Below are positions 19,777 to 27,572 of a DNA stretch of 64,000 nucleotides, piece by piece. Each line of letters starts with the position of its first letter. The stretch's first letter is position 1. This stretch comes from a virus: the IMG/VR virus record IMGVR_UViG_3300042402_003181, one strand, 5' to 3'. Position numbers and translations under genes: made by a program. The notes under the pieces were generated by a model. The model was not told the DNA's origin, searched no databases, and saw nothing but the letters and a program-made list of their open reading frames with translations.

Positions 19777-20793
19777 TCAAATACTTCCATTTTTAGTATT
19801 TACTGTATTTCTATCATGTATAAATTTACACAATGATACAAATTGGTCTGTTGTTAATTGGTTTTTCATAACGTTAATTGCATGTGTAGTAAACCAAAGA
19901 TTACCTACTTCATAAGATCTATCTGAATTAATTCGATCAAAGCTTAATCGATTGTTTGTTTCATTAAATTCTCTATTAGATAACGCACATCGCCATTCTT
20001 GTAATTGTATTATATCCCACATTTCTAAAAATGTTATTGTAGACTCTCTCCGTAATACTACATCTCTTGCAAGTGTTAGCCATTGTGCATGCAACGGATT
20101 GTTAGTGTCAAGATCAGGAGGTAATGGGGTTTCTGCCATCCGTTTTTTAGATTCTTTTCTACGGTCAGATGTTTTATAATCGGAATCACGATCATTAAGA
20201 AAATTAGTAAATATATCAATTTTACTTTTTGCATCTTCTTCAGATACAGGTGTATATTCTATAAAACTTTTTAAATATTCGTATTGTTCAGGTGTTACTT
20301 GATCTCTAAAATAACCATATTTTGAATATAATTGAACATTCTCTTTTGAATTGAGAAAATTAGTAATATCGTTTACAAATGTAGTATAAAATGGTATTCG
20401 TTTACCTTGTACTACCGGTTTAGTATTAGGTGTTAGTACTCCGGTAGATGGTTTTCGTTGCGATAGAACATATTGTTTTAATTGATCCATACTACTATAC
20501 AACGAACTATAATTAACATCTGTTCCGTTACCATAAATGTTTTTTAAATCATTATAAAATTTCATTAATTCCAGTATTACCGGCCATGTTCGTCCTTCAG
20601 GTGATCTAAGATTATCAGTATGGTTATCATGAACTCGTGTATTAACATAAAATGGACCTTTATAATCATCACGAAGAAATTGCTCAATATCAGCTATTAA
20701 GTTTTTATATTGTTTTTTATATGTAGTAATCGGTATCGCAGCTTTAGGCTTAGGTGTAATATCAGATTCTTTTAAAATATCTATAACTCTCAT
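19777..20793 (-). CDS. Protein with a C-terminal His-Me-finger/HNH-like nuclease domain (paralogue 1)
   Basis: C-terminal WRCALSNREF...LSFDRINSDRSYEVGNLWFTTHAINVMK. The likely start is ATG 20793 (SD AGGAA; late promoter GTAAATA at 20814-20820). Confidence 0.65.
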   Translation of the reverse strand: MRVIDILKESDITPKPKAAIPITTYKKQYKNLIADIEQFLRDDYKGPFYVNTRVHDNHTDNLRSPEGRTWPVILELMKFYNDLKNIYGNGTDVNYSSLYSSMDQLKQYVLSQRKPSTGVLTPNTKPVVQGKRIPFYTTFVNDITNFLNSKENVQLYSKYGYFRDQVTPEQYEYLKSFIEYTPVSEEDAKSKIDIFTNFLNDRDSDYKTSDRRKESKKRMAETPLPPDLDTNNPLHAQWLTLARDVVLRRESTITFLEMWDIIQLQEWRCALSNREFNETNNRLSFDRINSDRSYEVGNLWFTTHAINVMKNQLTTDQFVSLCKFIHDRNTVNTKNGSI

Positions 20794-20813
20794 GTGTGTT
20801 CCTATATTGTGTA

Positions 20814-20820
20814 TATTTAC
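20814..20820 (-). promoter_or_regulatory. Late promoter GTAAATA for the nuclease-like pair
   Basis: The plus strand reads TATTTAC, 21 nt upstream of ATG 20793. Confidence 0.55.
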
Positions 20821-20838
20821 CATCGGTAATAATAGCAG

Positions 20839-20867
20839 TTGACTTTTGATACTAATGACTGTATAAT
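20839..20867 (+). promoter_or_regulatory. Sigma70-type promoter upstream of rnhA
   Basis: TTGACT-N17-TATAAT, with hexamers and spacing identical to the gp55 promoter. A late motif ATAAATA follows at 20898-20904. Confidence 0.8.
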
Positions 20868-20945
20868 CGTTTCTAACAAGGTGGAGAAGTTGTTCAGATA
20901 AATATTTGTTTAAAAATACTAAACCTATATATCTAACAAAACACT

Positions 20946-21365
20946 ATGGAAGAACTCGTAATAATTTATACAGACGGCGCATGTGTACCAAATCCAGGTA
21001 AAGGCGGATGGGGTGCTACTATGCAATACAGAGACGTCATTAAAGAATTTTCTGGAACAGAACCACAAACTACTAACAACCGCATGGAAATGCAAGCTGC
21101 TATTGAAGCACTATCGCGTTTAAAAAGACCATGCAAAGTTAAAATTTATTCTGATTCAAAATATCTAGTTGATGGCTTTACACAATGGTTTCCTAATTGG
21201 AAAAAGAAAGGGCGTACTGATTACTTAAATCGTGATCTATGGCTTAAATTAGAAACTGTTGCTGCTGCACACACTATAGATTGGCAATGGGTTAAAGCCC
21301 ATGCAGGTAATCCAGGTAACGAACGCGCTAATGATTTAGCAGAAGCTGCTGCTCGTAACAACTAA
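20946..21365 (+). CDS. rnhA: Ribonuclease HI (E. coli RnhA type)
   Basis: IYTDGAC.PNPG.GGWG, TTNNRMEMQAAIEAL, YSDSKY and WVKAHAGNPGNERA. Confidence 0.95.
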   Translation: MEELVIIYTDGACVPNPGKGGWGATMQYRDVIKEFSGTEPQTTNNRMEMQAAIEALSRLKRPCKVKIYSDSKYLVDGFTQWFPNWKKKGRTDYLNRDLWLKLETVAAAHTIDWQWVKAHAGNPGNERANDLAEAAARNN

Positions 21366-21396
21366 CCACTTTTAACCCCTTGTTTAAAACACTTTT

Positions 21397-21403
21397 GTAA
21401 ATA
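21397..21403 (+). promoter_or_regulatory. Late promoter GTAAATA upstream of the non-coding structured region
   Basis: Motif 32 nt after the rnhA stop. No substantial ORF follows for about 650 nt. Confidence 0.55.
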
Positions 21404-21445
21404 CTAGACAAAACACACAAAACACTTTTAATTCACACTAACATA

Positions 21446-21852
21446 AGGTTGGCAGGCCGGATTGTAATACTGCTGAGACAAGTTCTGGAAACGAGAACCG
21501 CTGCTCAAATCGTTGATTGTGCAACGACTTTTAAACACTACCCTCTCGCAAGAGGATGCCAAAAGCAACGTCCATTGATGTCAATGCTTTGTTTAATCGG
21601 AATGGTGGTCTAGCTGTATTTGAAAAAGAATACATAGGCTTTAAATCTGTAGAATACTAGTAATAGTAACAATTTTGTAATGATATACGAAGCACCTGAA
21701 AGTTATATCTTAAAAATACCTGTAAGTGTTGGTCCGGAGGTAGCCAATAGCAAAAGTCTACAGTCATATAAATTCTTACTGCAAATTCCATGGCGATGGG
21801 GTGAAATCATGCATCTATTTTTATTAGGGTGCATCTGACTTCAAAAGTGATA
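21446..21852 (+). ncRNA. Candidate large structured non-coding RNA (~400 nt, family unassigned)
   Basis: ORF-less and richer in G/C than its flanks. Many stems are visible: 21449-55/21470-76, 21482-98 (GAAA loop), 21510-27, 21542-55, a 7-bp long-range helix 21647-53/21757-63 enclosing 21655-68 (GUAA loop), 21682-87/21704-09 and 21727-33/21743-49, plus 21786-21801 and 21809-34. Confidence 0.55.
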
Positions 21853-21856
21853 TCTC

Positions 21857-22040
21857 TTTATTAAAATAATTAAATTATATTAATTCATTTATAATTTAAT
21901 TGTTTTTTTCATTATTGTTGTTAGAGAGAATAGTATTGAGCGATAGCGAAATACAGATGAACGTTAGTTCATCTTTTAATATGAAATATATTTTTTAATA
22001 AATATTCATATTATATAAGGGATATTGCGTTTGCAATATC
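21857..22040. other. AT-rich tract (3 G/C in 60 nt) followed by stacked inverted repeats; origin-like or regulatory
   Basis: 21857-21916 is 95% A/T. Hairpins at 21933-54, 21955-74 (AGATGAAC/GTTCATCT), 21978-22012 (AATATGAA/TTCATATT) and 22021-40 (GATATTGC/GCAATATC). Confidence 0.5.
21998..22004 (+). promoter_or_regulatory. Late promoter ATAAATA
   Basis: Upstream of ATG 22052 (SD AAAGGA). Confidence 0.6.
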
Positions 22041-22051
22041 AAAGGAATATT

Positions 22052-22903
22052 ATGAAAATTTACGAAGTTACTAATCAACTTCCAAGCAAGAAAATACTTG
22101 CTCAGGAATTAAGTAAAATATACGAAGCTGATGCTCCGCCTGATCCTGGGTTCTTTTCTAAATTAGGACGTGTGTTGCATAAAAGTTTAAAACTGTTTAG
22201 TTGGTACGAAGCATTATGGAAACCGTTTGACACGTATATGGTAAACATGCAACAAGTTGAAGCCAATCTAACTAAAGCCGGTAACACTCCAGCTGCAATT
22301 GCTGAATTTAATGAGCAGCATGAACTGCAAATGGGTCAATTAATTGCAGGATTATCTGCAGGAATTATAGTTAGCGGAATACTTGGATCACTTAGTACAT
22401 TTGGAAAATTTTTACAATTTATTCCAGGTATTGGTGGCCCACTAGGAAAAACTATAGGATTGTTATCTGACGGAGCTAGAGCATGGATATTATACGAACT
22501 TCAGTCTGAAACAGGAAGATCAGCAATTGCTAAATTAGTGGTTTTTACTGGAGTTAATTATGATATTGACTGGCTTGGTGTTCATATTCACGGAGACGTT
22601 AATATAACACAAATAATTGGTAAACTAGGTGTTGAAGCACACGATTATTTTGAAGATTTATTTAGACGTGCAATTGGATTAAAAGAATTAGATAAACCCA
22701 TTAATGGAAAAGACCAGTTAGATCCAAATGCGCCACCGCCAACTCCACCGTTAACGCCAGCACAAGATGCAAGTCTAACGGCACAGATGTTTAGCACAAA
22801 TAAACCAGTTGAAAAAGAATTGCCTGTTCCAGGTGAATACCTAGGATCTAGATTGCAACGTAATCCCGTAACAGGCAGAGTAGAAATGAAGTCATTACAA
22901 TAA
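22052..22903 (+). CDS. Hypothetical protein with hydrophobic segments (possible internal/ejected virion protein)
   Basis: Starts MKIYEV... after SD AAAGGA. It has a hydrophobic Gly-rich stretch (LIAGLSAGIIVSGILGSLSTFGKFLQFIPGIGG) and a Pro-rich C-terminus. Confidence 0.7.
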   Translation: MKIYEVTNQLPSKKILAQELSKIYEADAPPDPGFFSKLGRVLHKSLKLFSWYEALWKPFDTYMVNMQQVEANLTKAGNTPAAIAEFNEQHELQMGQLIAGLSAGIIVSGILGSLSTFGKFLQFIPGIGGPLGKTIGLLSDGARAWILYELQSETGRSAIAKLVVFTGVNYDIDWLGVHIHGDVNITQIIGKLGVEAHDYFEDLFRRAIGLKELDKPINGKDQLDPNAPPPTPPLTPAQDASLTAQMFSTNKPVEKELPVPGEYLGSRLQRNPVTGRVEMKSLQ

Positions 22904-23128
22904 TGGCATTCTAGATACTTTTGTCATTTCTATATTTTCTTCAATTACATTATACATAATCATACGATCTTCGTGACTTAGGTTATACAGGAGATCGTTG
23001 ATTGACACTCCTCCTCTCATATACCACGATATTTTAAATAATTCATGTTTAAATCGTTTAACTTCGTTATCTAGCCTAATTAGATATTGACTAATTGAAT
23101 CTCTTGATTGTCCAATTAGGCGGGATCG
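22895..23128 (-). CDS. -1 frameshift extension of the gp26-like gene (77 aa, no in-frame start of its own in the 5' half)
   Basis: The open -1 frame reads RSRLIGQSRDSISQYLIRLDNEVKRFKHELFKISWYMRGGVSINDLLYNLSHEDRMIMYNVIEENIEMTKVSRMPLL*. It is entered at the slippery heptamer T TTT TTC (plus strand 23128-23134). Not in the ORF track. Confidence 0.7.
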   Translation of the reverse strand, partial: RSRLIGQSRDSISQYLIRLDNEVKRFKHELFKISWYMRGGVSINDLLYNLSHEDRMIMYNVIEENIEMTKVSRMPLL

Positions 23129-23946
23129 AAAAAATTCGATTGATCTAAGTCAACTGATATTGATGACTCGTGGTTACAATCAAGGTTACTACAAATTACT
23201 TTTACTGCTGGAATTTTCCAATCAGATTTAGTTTGATCTAAATGTGCTTTAATAATATTAAAAATTTGTTTATCGCAATTTTGTAACCATTCTGAAATAA
23301 AATTAGATTCAGTTACTACTATTTTTCCAGTATCAATTGATTCGATACTAGCCGAATAAACTTCATTTTGCATTTTACCTAATTCAATAAACAAATCATG
23401 TACAACTTCTTTATATTTCTCTGCAGGTTCAATTGGAGTTGCTGCTAATTGTTGCTGCATTTTAAAATTTCTTAAAGAAAACTCAGTAGTTTGTTTATAA
23501 TTTAGTGGTTGCAATTTGATAGTTAATGTGCCAACTTCAATTGTATTATTGTATATACAACTACTAAAATGATCGATCACTGTACCTAAATCAATATCGT
23601 AATCGTTTTCTGTTTTACATTTTGGGCATGTATGTACAACTTCTAACACACTCCCATGAGTAGCAATTCGAATTGCTGTTAGTAGTAGATCAACATCTAA
23701 TGTAGTTACTGCCCAACCGTCTTTAATTGACGGGCAGCAGCTTTCAATTAGTTTCACTGAACTATCACCGGATAATAATGCATCCGGAGTTTTCATTATG
23801 ATATCGTCCATACCTGTCATACCAAATATTGGCATGTGTGTAGGATCACCAGTAAATGTTCCTAATTGATTGTATATTCCTTTTGAAGGTAAAGAAACGA
23901 ATATTTTTGGTTGTCTATAAAATTCTTGTAAAGGGTTTTGTGCCAT
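23116..23946 (-). CDS. gp26-like baseplate-hub/tail assembly protein (probable tail assembly chaperone)
   Basis: 276 aa with NPLQEFYRQPKIFVSLPSKG, MKTPDALLSG, DVDLLLTAIRIATHG and CPKC...C..DC Zn motifs. It is adjacent to the tape-measure-like gene. Confidence 0.7.
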   Translation of the reverse strand: MAQNPLQEFYRQPKIFVSLPSKGIYNQLGTFTGDPTHMPIFGMTGMDDIIMKTPDALLSGDSSVKLIESCCPSIKDGWAVTTLDVDLLLTAIRIATHGSVLEVVHTCPKCKTENDYDIDLGTVIDHFSSCIYNNTIEVGTLTIKLQPLNYKQTTEFSLRNFKMQQQLAATPIEPAEKYKEVVHDLFIELGKMQNEVYSASIESIDTGKIVVTESNFISEWLQNCDKQIFNIIKAHLDQTKSDWKIPAVKVICSNLDCNHESSISVDLDQSNFFDPA

Positions 23947-23958
23947 TTGTTACTCCGC

Positions 23959-23981
23959 ATAAATATATTAACCGTATTTAT
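23959..23981. promoter_or_regulatory. Crossed pair of late promoters for the tape-measure-like (+) and gp26-like (-) genes
   Basis: ATAAATA on the plus strand at 23959-23965 and ATAAATA on the minus strand at 23975-23981, within a 62-bp intergenic gap. Confidence 0.65.
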
Positions 23982-24008
23982 ATATACAAACTTATAGGAA
24001 AATAAAAC

Positions 24009-27000
24009 ATGAGTAGTGAAGACGATAGACGTAATGATCAATTAGATAAGCTTATCAACGCGTTGGAAGGTAATAATCGAAATAATCGAAGATCTAACCC
24101 AGATTCTGGATCAAGCGGTGGCGGTGGTGGATGGGGCGGATTTGGCCAAATATTTGTTAATACTGCACAAACTGGCGCTAAAGCATTAGACGATTTATGG
24201 AGAGGAACTCTAAATGTGTCTAATGGTTTTGACTCGTTAACTGGAGTCTTAAAAAACGCAGATTCATCTCTTGGTAAAGTATTTGGCCAGATCGCATCTC
24301 AAGTTGGAACTGCTCTTATTGATACTACTGCAAGTTTAAACAAAGCTGGATCAAACGGCGCTGATTTTAACATGGATATTGCAGAATACGATCGCTTATT
24401 AAAAGGCGCTCGTATGACCCATGAGCAATACAACGACATGATTAAGCATAGTGCTACTGATTTAGCAGGATTAGGCAGTGGAATCAATAAAGCTCAAAAA
24501 CACTTTTTAGATATAGCTAGAGATTTTCAAGAATCAGACGTTGGTGCTAGATTTAAAACGTTAGGGTGGACTACTGACGAACTTAACGAAGTTACCAAAG
24601 TTGCAATGTCTAATCGCAAAGGCATGGACCTGAACGATCCCAATAATCAGCAAAACGCAGTAATAGCTACTGAAAAATTAGGAACGGCAATTGATGAAAA
24701 TTCAAGAATACTTGGTTTAAGTAGAAAAGACCAACTTGAGGCGCTTCAACGATCAAAAGACGAAGGCGATTTAGAAGCATCAATGTTATTAGCTGGCCCA
24801 CAAGCTCGTGCGCAATATAAACAAGCCGAAGCTGATTCAATGGGAATGGGCGACTCTTTTAAACGAGTAATGAAAGAAGCGTTTACTGGAAAAACTACTG
24901 CAGAAGGTTCAGAAGCAGCAGCAGCAACAGGCACAGCAGCTGCTGCAATTAGAGAATATGGGATATCGTTAAAAGATACTACAGATGAAGGCCAAAAACG
25001 ATCTGAAGCATTAGGCGAAAAAGCTCGTGCAGCGCAACTTGAATATATGAATTCTAAAGGTGCATTAGAAGCTGCAGCTCTAGCAGGCGGCGCAGTTGCT
25101 GACAAAATGGGTAAAGAGTTAGTTACAAGTAAAACACAAGGTGTATATGTAACTAAACAAGCCGAAGCAGCATCTGAAGGTAAAAAATTAAGTGCTGAAG
25201 ATGCCTTAAAAGAACTAAAAGATGCTGCAATAAACCGCCGTAACCTTAAAACAGAAGAAGGCGGTGCACTTGACACGCCAGGTGCAACTGTATCAAAAGC
25301 ATTAAACAATGCAGATCGAACGTTATCTGATTTATTTGCCGGGTCAACTGAAGGATTTAGTAAGTTAGTTGGAGCAACTGATGATGTTATAAACAAATTT
25401 CATTTATTAGATTCTGAAGTATTAAAACCTCATAAACAAAAAGATATAAATTTAGACGCAATTGTTGGAGAGCTAAAAAAAGGAACGGGCGATAAAGTAA
25501 ATAAATTGTTTGAAGGTAACAACGCAAACATACCAGTTACTCCTCCAAAACGTGCATCAGGATCACCTGAAATTGACAGTTTTATTAAATCATCTTCCTC
25601 ATCTTTTAATAGTATGTTTGAACAATTTAACCCAAAAGGTGAAATGGTAGAACTACATGGTGCAGAATCAGTAGTAACACCTAAACAAATGGAAGGTATT
25701 ATTGCTAAATTTATGCCTACCGATATAATGGACATGATTAAACAGCCAATGAATGCGGCTAAATCACAGTCTCAACAAGGAATGCAACCGTTTACAATTG
25801 ATTTACCAACATCAGGCAACGCAACACAAACCGCAGACCACAAACCAATAGATATTAAATCGTTAGCAGTACTTACGCCAAACAACGAAGATTTATTAGT
25901 AAAGAACATTTCTACAACTGTTCATGATGTAGTTACTAAAGTGTTTCACCCCATGGGGAATATGCTACAAACAGTAACTAAATCTGTTGAAAAACATACC
26001 GAACCTAAAAAAGAAGAACCTAAAAAAGAAGAAAAGCCAGCTGAACCTAAAAAAGAAGAACCTAAAAAAGAAGAAAAGCCAGCTGAAGTTAAAAAAGAAG
26101 AACCTAAAATACTAGATTTAGGTATTAAAACTGCAGAAGATTTAAACAAGTTTATGTTTGGCACACAGCAAGTTGGTACCAAACAGCCTGAAACAAAACC
26201 AGCTGACGGTTTTCCAGCTATTCCAGGTCCATCAATAACAAATAGAAAACCGCATTGGATTCCAGATGAAAATGGTACAGATCAACCAACAGGTTCGTTT
26301 AAACAAATTGATTATGATATAGACACTGAAGCTCTTCAAGATCAAATAGCATATCTTAGAACACGGAAAGATGAAGATGCAGAACATGATCTTCCTATAT
26401 ATGATGAGATGTTACGTCAACATTTAGCAAAAGGTAGACCGGCTGACGAAGTAATTAAAGGCGGAAACGTTGAAAAAGAAATGAAAACGTTTAATGACTC
26501 ATTAAAAAACATGGGCGGACCTGAAACTTTTAAAGAAATTGGTTCTCAACTTACTGATTCAATATCTACAGCATTGCCATCAACTGAAAAATTAGAAGAA
26601 ACAATGACATCTGCAACTGATACATTTAAATCTACTGATTTTAATAAAGCATTTGCATCAGTTGGCGATTCTTTTGCATCTGCTAATGTTAGTACTCCTA
26701 CTGTTGAAGAAAAAGTACCAGATGCATCAATAGAAGAACAACAAGCACAGCTGAAAAAAGACAATGACAAAACAGTTGACAATTATCTTGCTGCTAATCC
26801 TACTGCTGAACTAGTTGAACCTAATAAAGATGAAGCTAAAGATAATTCACCGGGAATATTTGATAAGTTTACAAATTTATTCAGTAGTAGCAATAAACCT
26901 GCATTTGCAAGTGGTAATGTAAAATACGAAACTATACCACAAGCAGAAATTGATGCTAGAGATAAAGAACTTCAAAAAACTATAGGTACAATAGACAATA

Positions 27001-27548
27001 GTCCGGAAGCAATTGAAGCTCGTAATGCAGAACTTGACAGACAGAAAAATTCAGGGATGTACAAACAAAAAGAACCAGAGAAACATGTACTTCCTGAAAT
27101 TAAAAAGCCTGCAGAAACAAAAGAGCAAGCTCATATTAAAGATATGTACAAAAAGTTTGGTCTTGAATCGTTTAATGACTACAATGCAAGAATGACAGCT
27201 GAAGAAAAAGCTAAAAAGCCTGATCACAGCAAGCTTGCTGAAATTAAACCAACTGTAATGCCAACAATTAAAGCACCTGATATTAAAGCACCGGTAGTTT
27301 CAGGAGATTCATTAAAGCCGCCATCTCCGCCAGTGGTAAACAAGCCGCATGAAGAACAAAAACCAGCCGAACAACCTAAATCTACAGCGCAAGTTGTTGA
27401 AAAGCAAGTATCATTAAAAGATATACTCGATGCAGTAACAAAGTTAAATAACACAATGACAACGATGGCACACCATACTGATAAAATTAGTACTAACAGC
27501 CATAAACAAATTAGTGCAACACAAAGTTTATCTAATTCAAGATTTTAA
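24009..27548 (+). CDS. Tape-measure-like protein
   Basis: 1179 aa. The N-terminal half is Ala/Gly/Lys-rich and helical, followed by a MVELHGAESVVTP motif and a low-complexity K/E/P C-terminal half. It is adjacent to the chaperone-like gene. Confidence 0.65.
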   Translation: MSSEDDRRNDQLDKLINALEGNNRNNRRSNPDSGSSGGGGGWGGFGQIFVNTAQTGAKALDDLWRGTLNVSNGFDSLTGVLKNADSSLGKVFGQIASQVGTALIDTTASLNKAGSNGADFNMDIAEYDRLLKGARMTHEQYNDMIKHSATDLAGLGSGINKAQKHFLDIARDFQESDVGARFKTLGWTTDELNEVTKVAMSNRKGMDLNDPNNQQNAVIATEKLGTAIDENSRILGLSRKDQLEALQRSKDEGDLEASMLLAGPQARAQYKQAEADSMGMGDSFKRVMKEAFTGKTTAEGSEAAAATGTAAAAIREYGISLKDTTDEGQKRSEALGEKARAAQLEYMNSKGALEAAALAGGAVADKMGKELVTSKTQGVYVTKQAEAASEGKKLSAEDALKELKDAAINRRNLKTEEGGALDTPGATVSKALNNADRTLSDLFAGSTEGFSKLVGATDDVINKFHLLDSEVLKPHKQKDINLDAIVGELKKGTGDKVNKLFEGNNANIPVTPPKRASGSPEIDSFIKSSSSSFNSMFEQFNPKGEMVELHGAESVVTPKQMEGIIAKFMPTDIMDMIKQPMNAAKSQSQQGMQPFTIDLPTSGNATQTADHKPIDIKSLAVLTPNNEDLLVKNISTTVHDVVTKVFHPMGNMLQTVTKSVEKHTEPKKEEPKKEEKPAEPKKEEPKKEEKPAEVKKEEPKILDLGIKTAEDLNKFMFGTQQVGTKQPETKPADGFPAIPGPSITNRKPHWIPDENGTDQPTGSFKQIDYDIDTEALQDQIAYLRTRKDEDAEHDLPIYDEMLRQHLAKGRPADEVIKGGNVEKEMKTFNDSLKNMGGPETFKEIGSQLTDSISTALPSTEKLEETMTSATDTFKSTDFNKAFASVGDSFASANVSTPTVEEKVPDASIEEQQAQLKKDNDKTVDNYLAANPTAELVEPNKDEAKDNSPGIFDKFTNLFSSSNKPAFASGNVKYETIPQAEIDARDKELQKTIGTIDNSPEAIEARNAELDRQKNSGMYKQKEPEKHVLPEIKKPAETKEQAHIKDMYKKFGLESFNDYNARMTAEEKAKKPDHSKLAEIKPTVMPTIKAPDIKAPVVSGDSLKPPSPPVVNKPHEEQKPAEQPKSTAQVVEKQVSLKDILDAVTKLNNTMTTMAHHTDKISTNSHKQISATQSLSNSRF
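26001..26108 (+). repeat. In-frame 42-bp tandem repeat (EPKKEEPKKEEKPA, ~2.6 copies)
   Basis: 26001-26042 is identical to 26043-26084, followed by a partial third copy. Confidence 0.9.
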
Positions 27549-27572
27549 ATAGAACCAAAAAGGAATTATTAT

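Noticed and set aside
20946-21852. RNase H plus ncRNA as a retron
   Set aside because: There is no reverse transcriptase nearby and no clear long a1/a2 inverted repeat bracketing an msr-msd. An RT elsewhere in the genome cannot be excluded.
21446-21852. tRNA, tmRNA, RNase P RNA or group I/II intron
   Set aside because: I saw no T-arm/CCA cloverleaf, no tmRNA-like termini, no GAGGAAAGUCC RNase P core, and no interrupted host gene or intron core motifs.
22001-22051. SD-occluding hairpin (AATATTC 22001-07 with GAATATT 22045-51) as T4-style late translational control
   Set aside because: It is only a 7-bp AT-rich match in an AT-rich region and competes with two stronger local hairpins, which is too weak to support.
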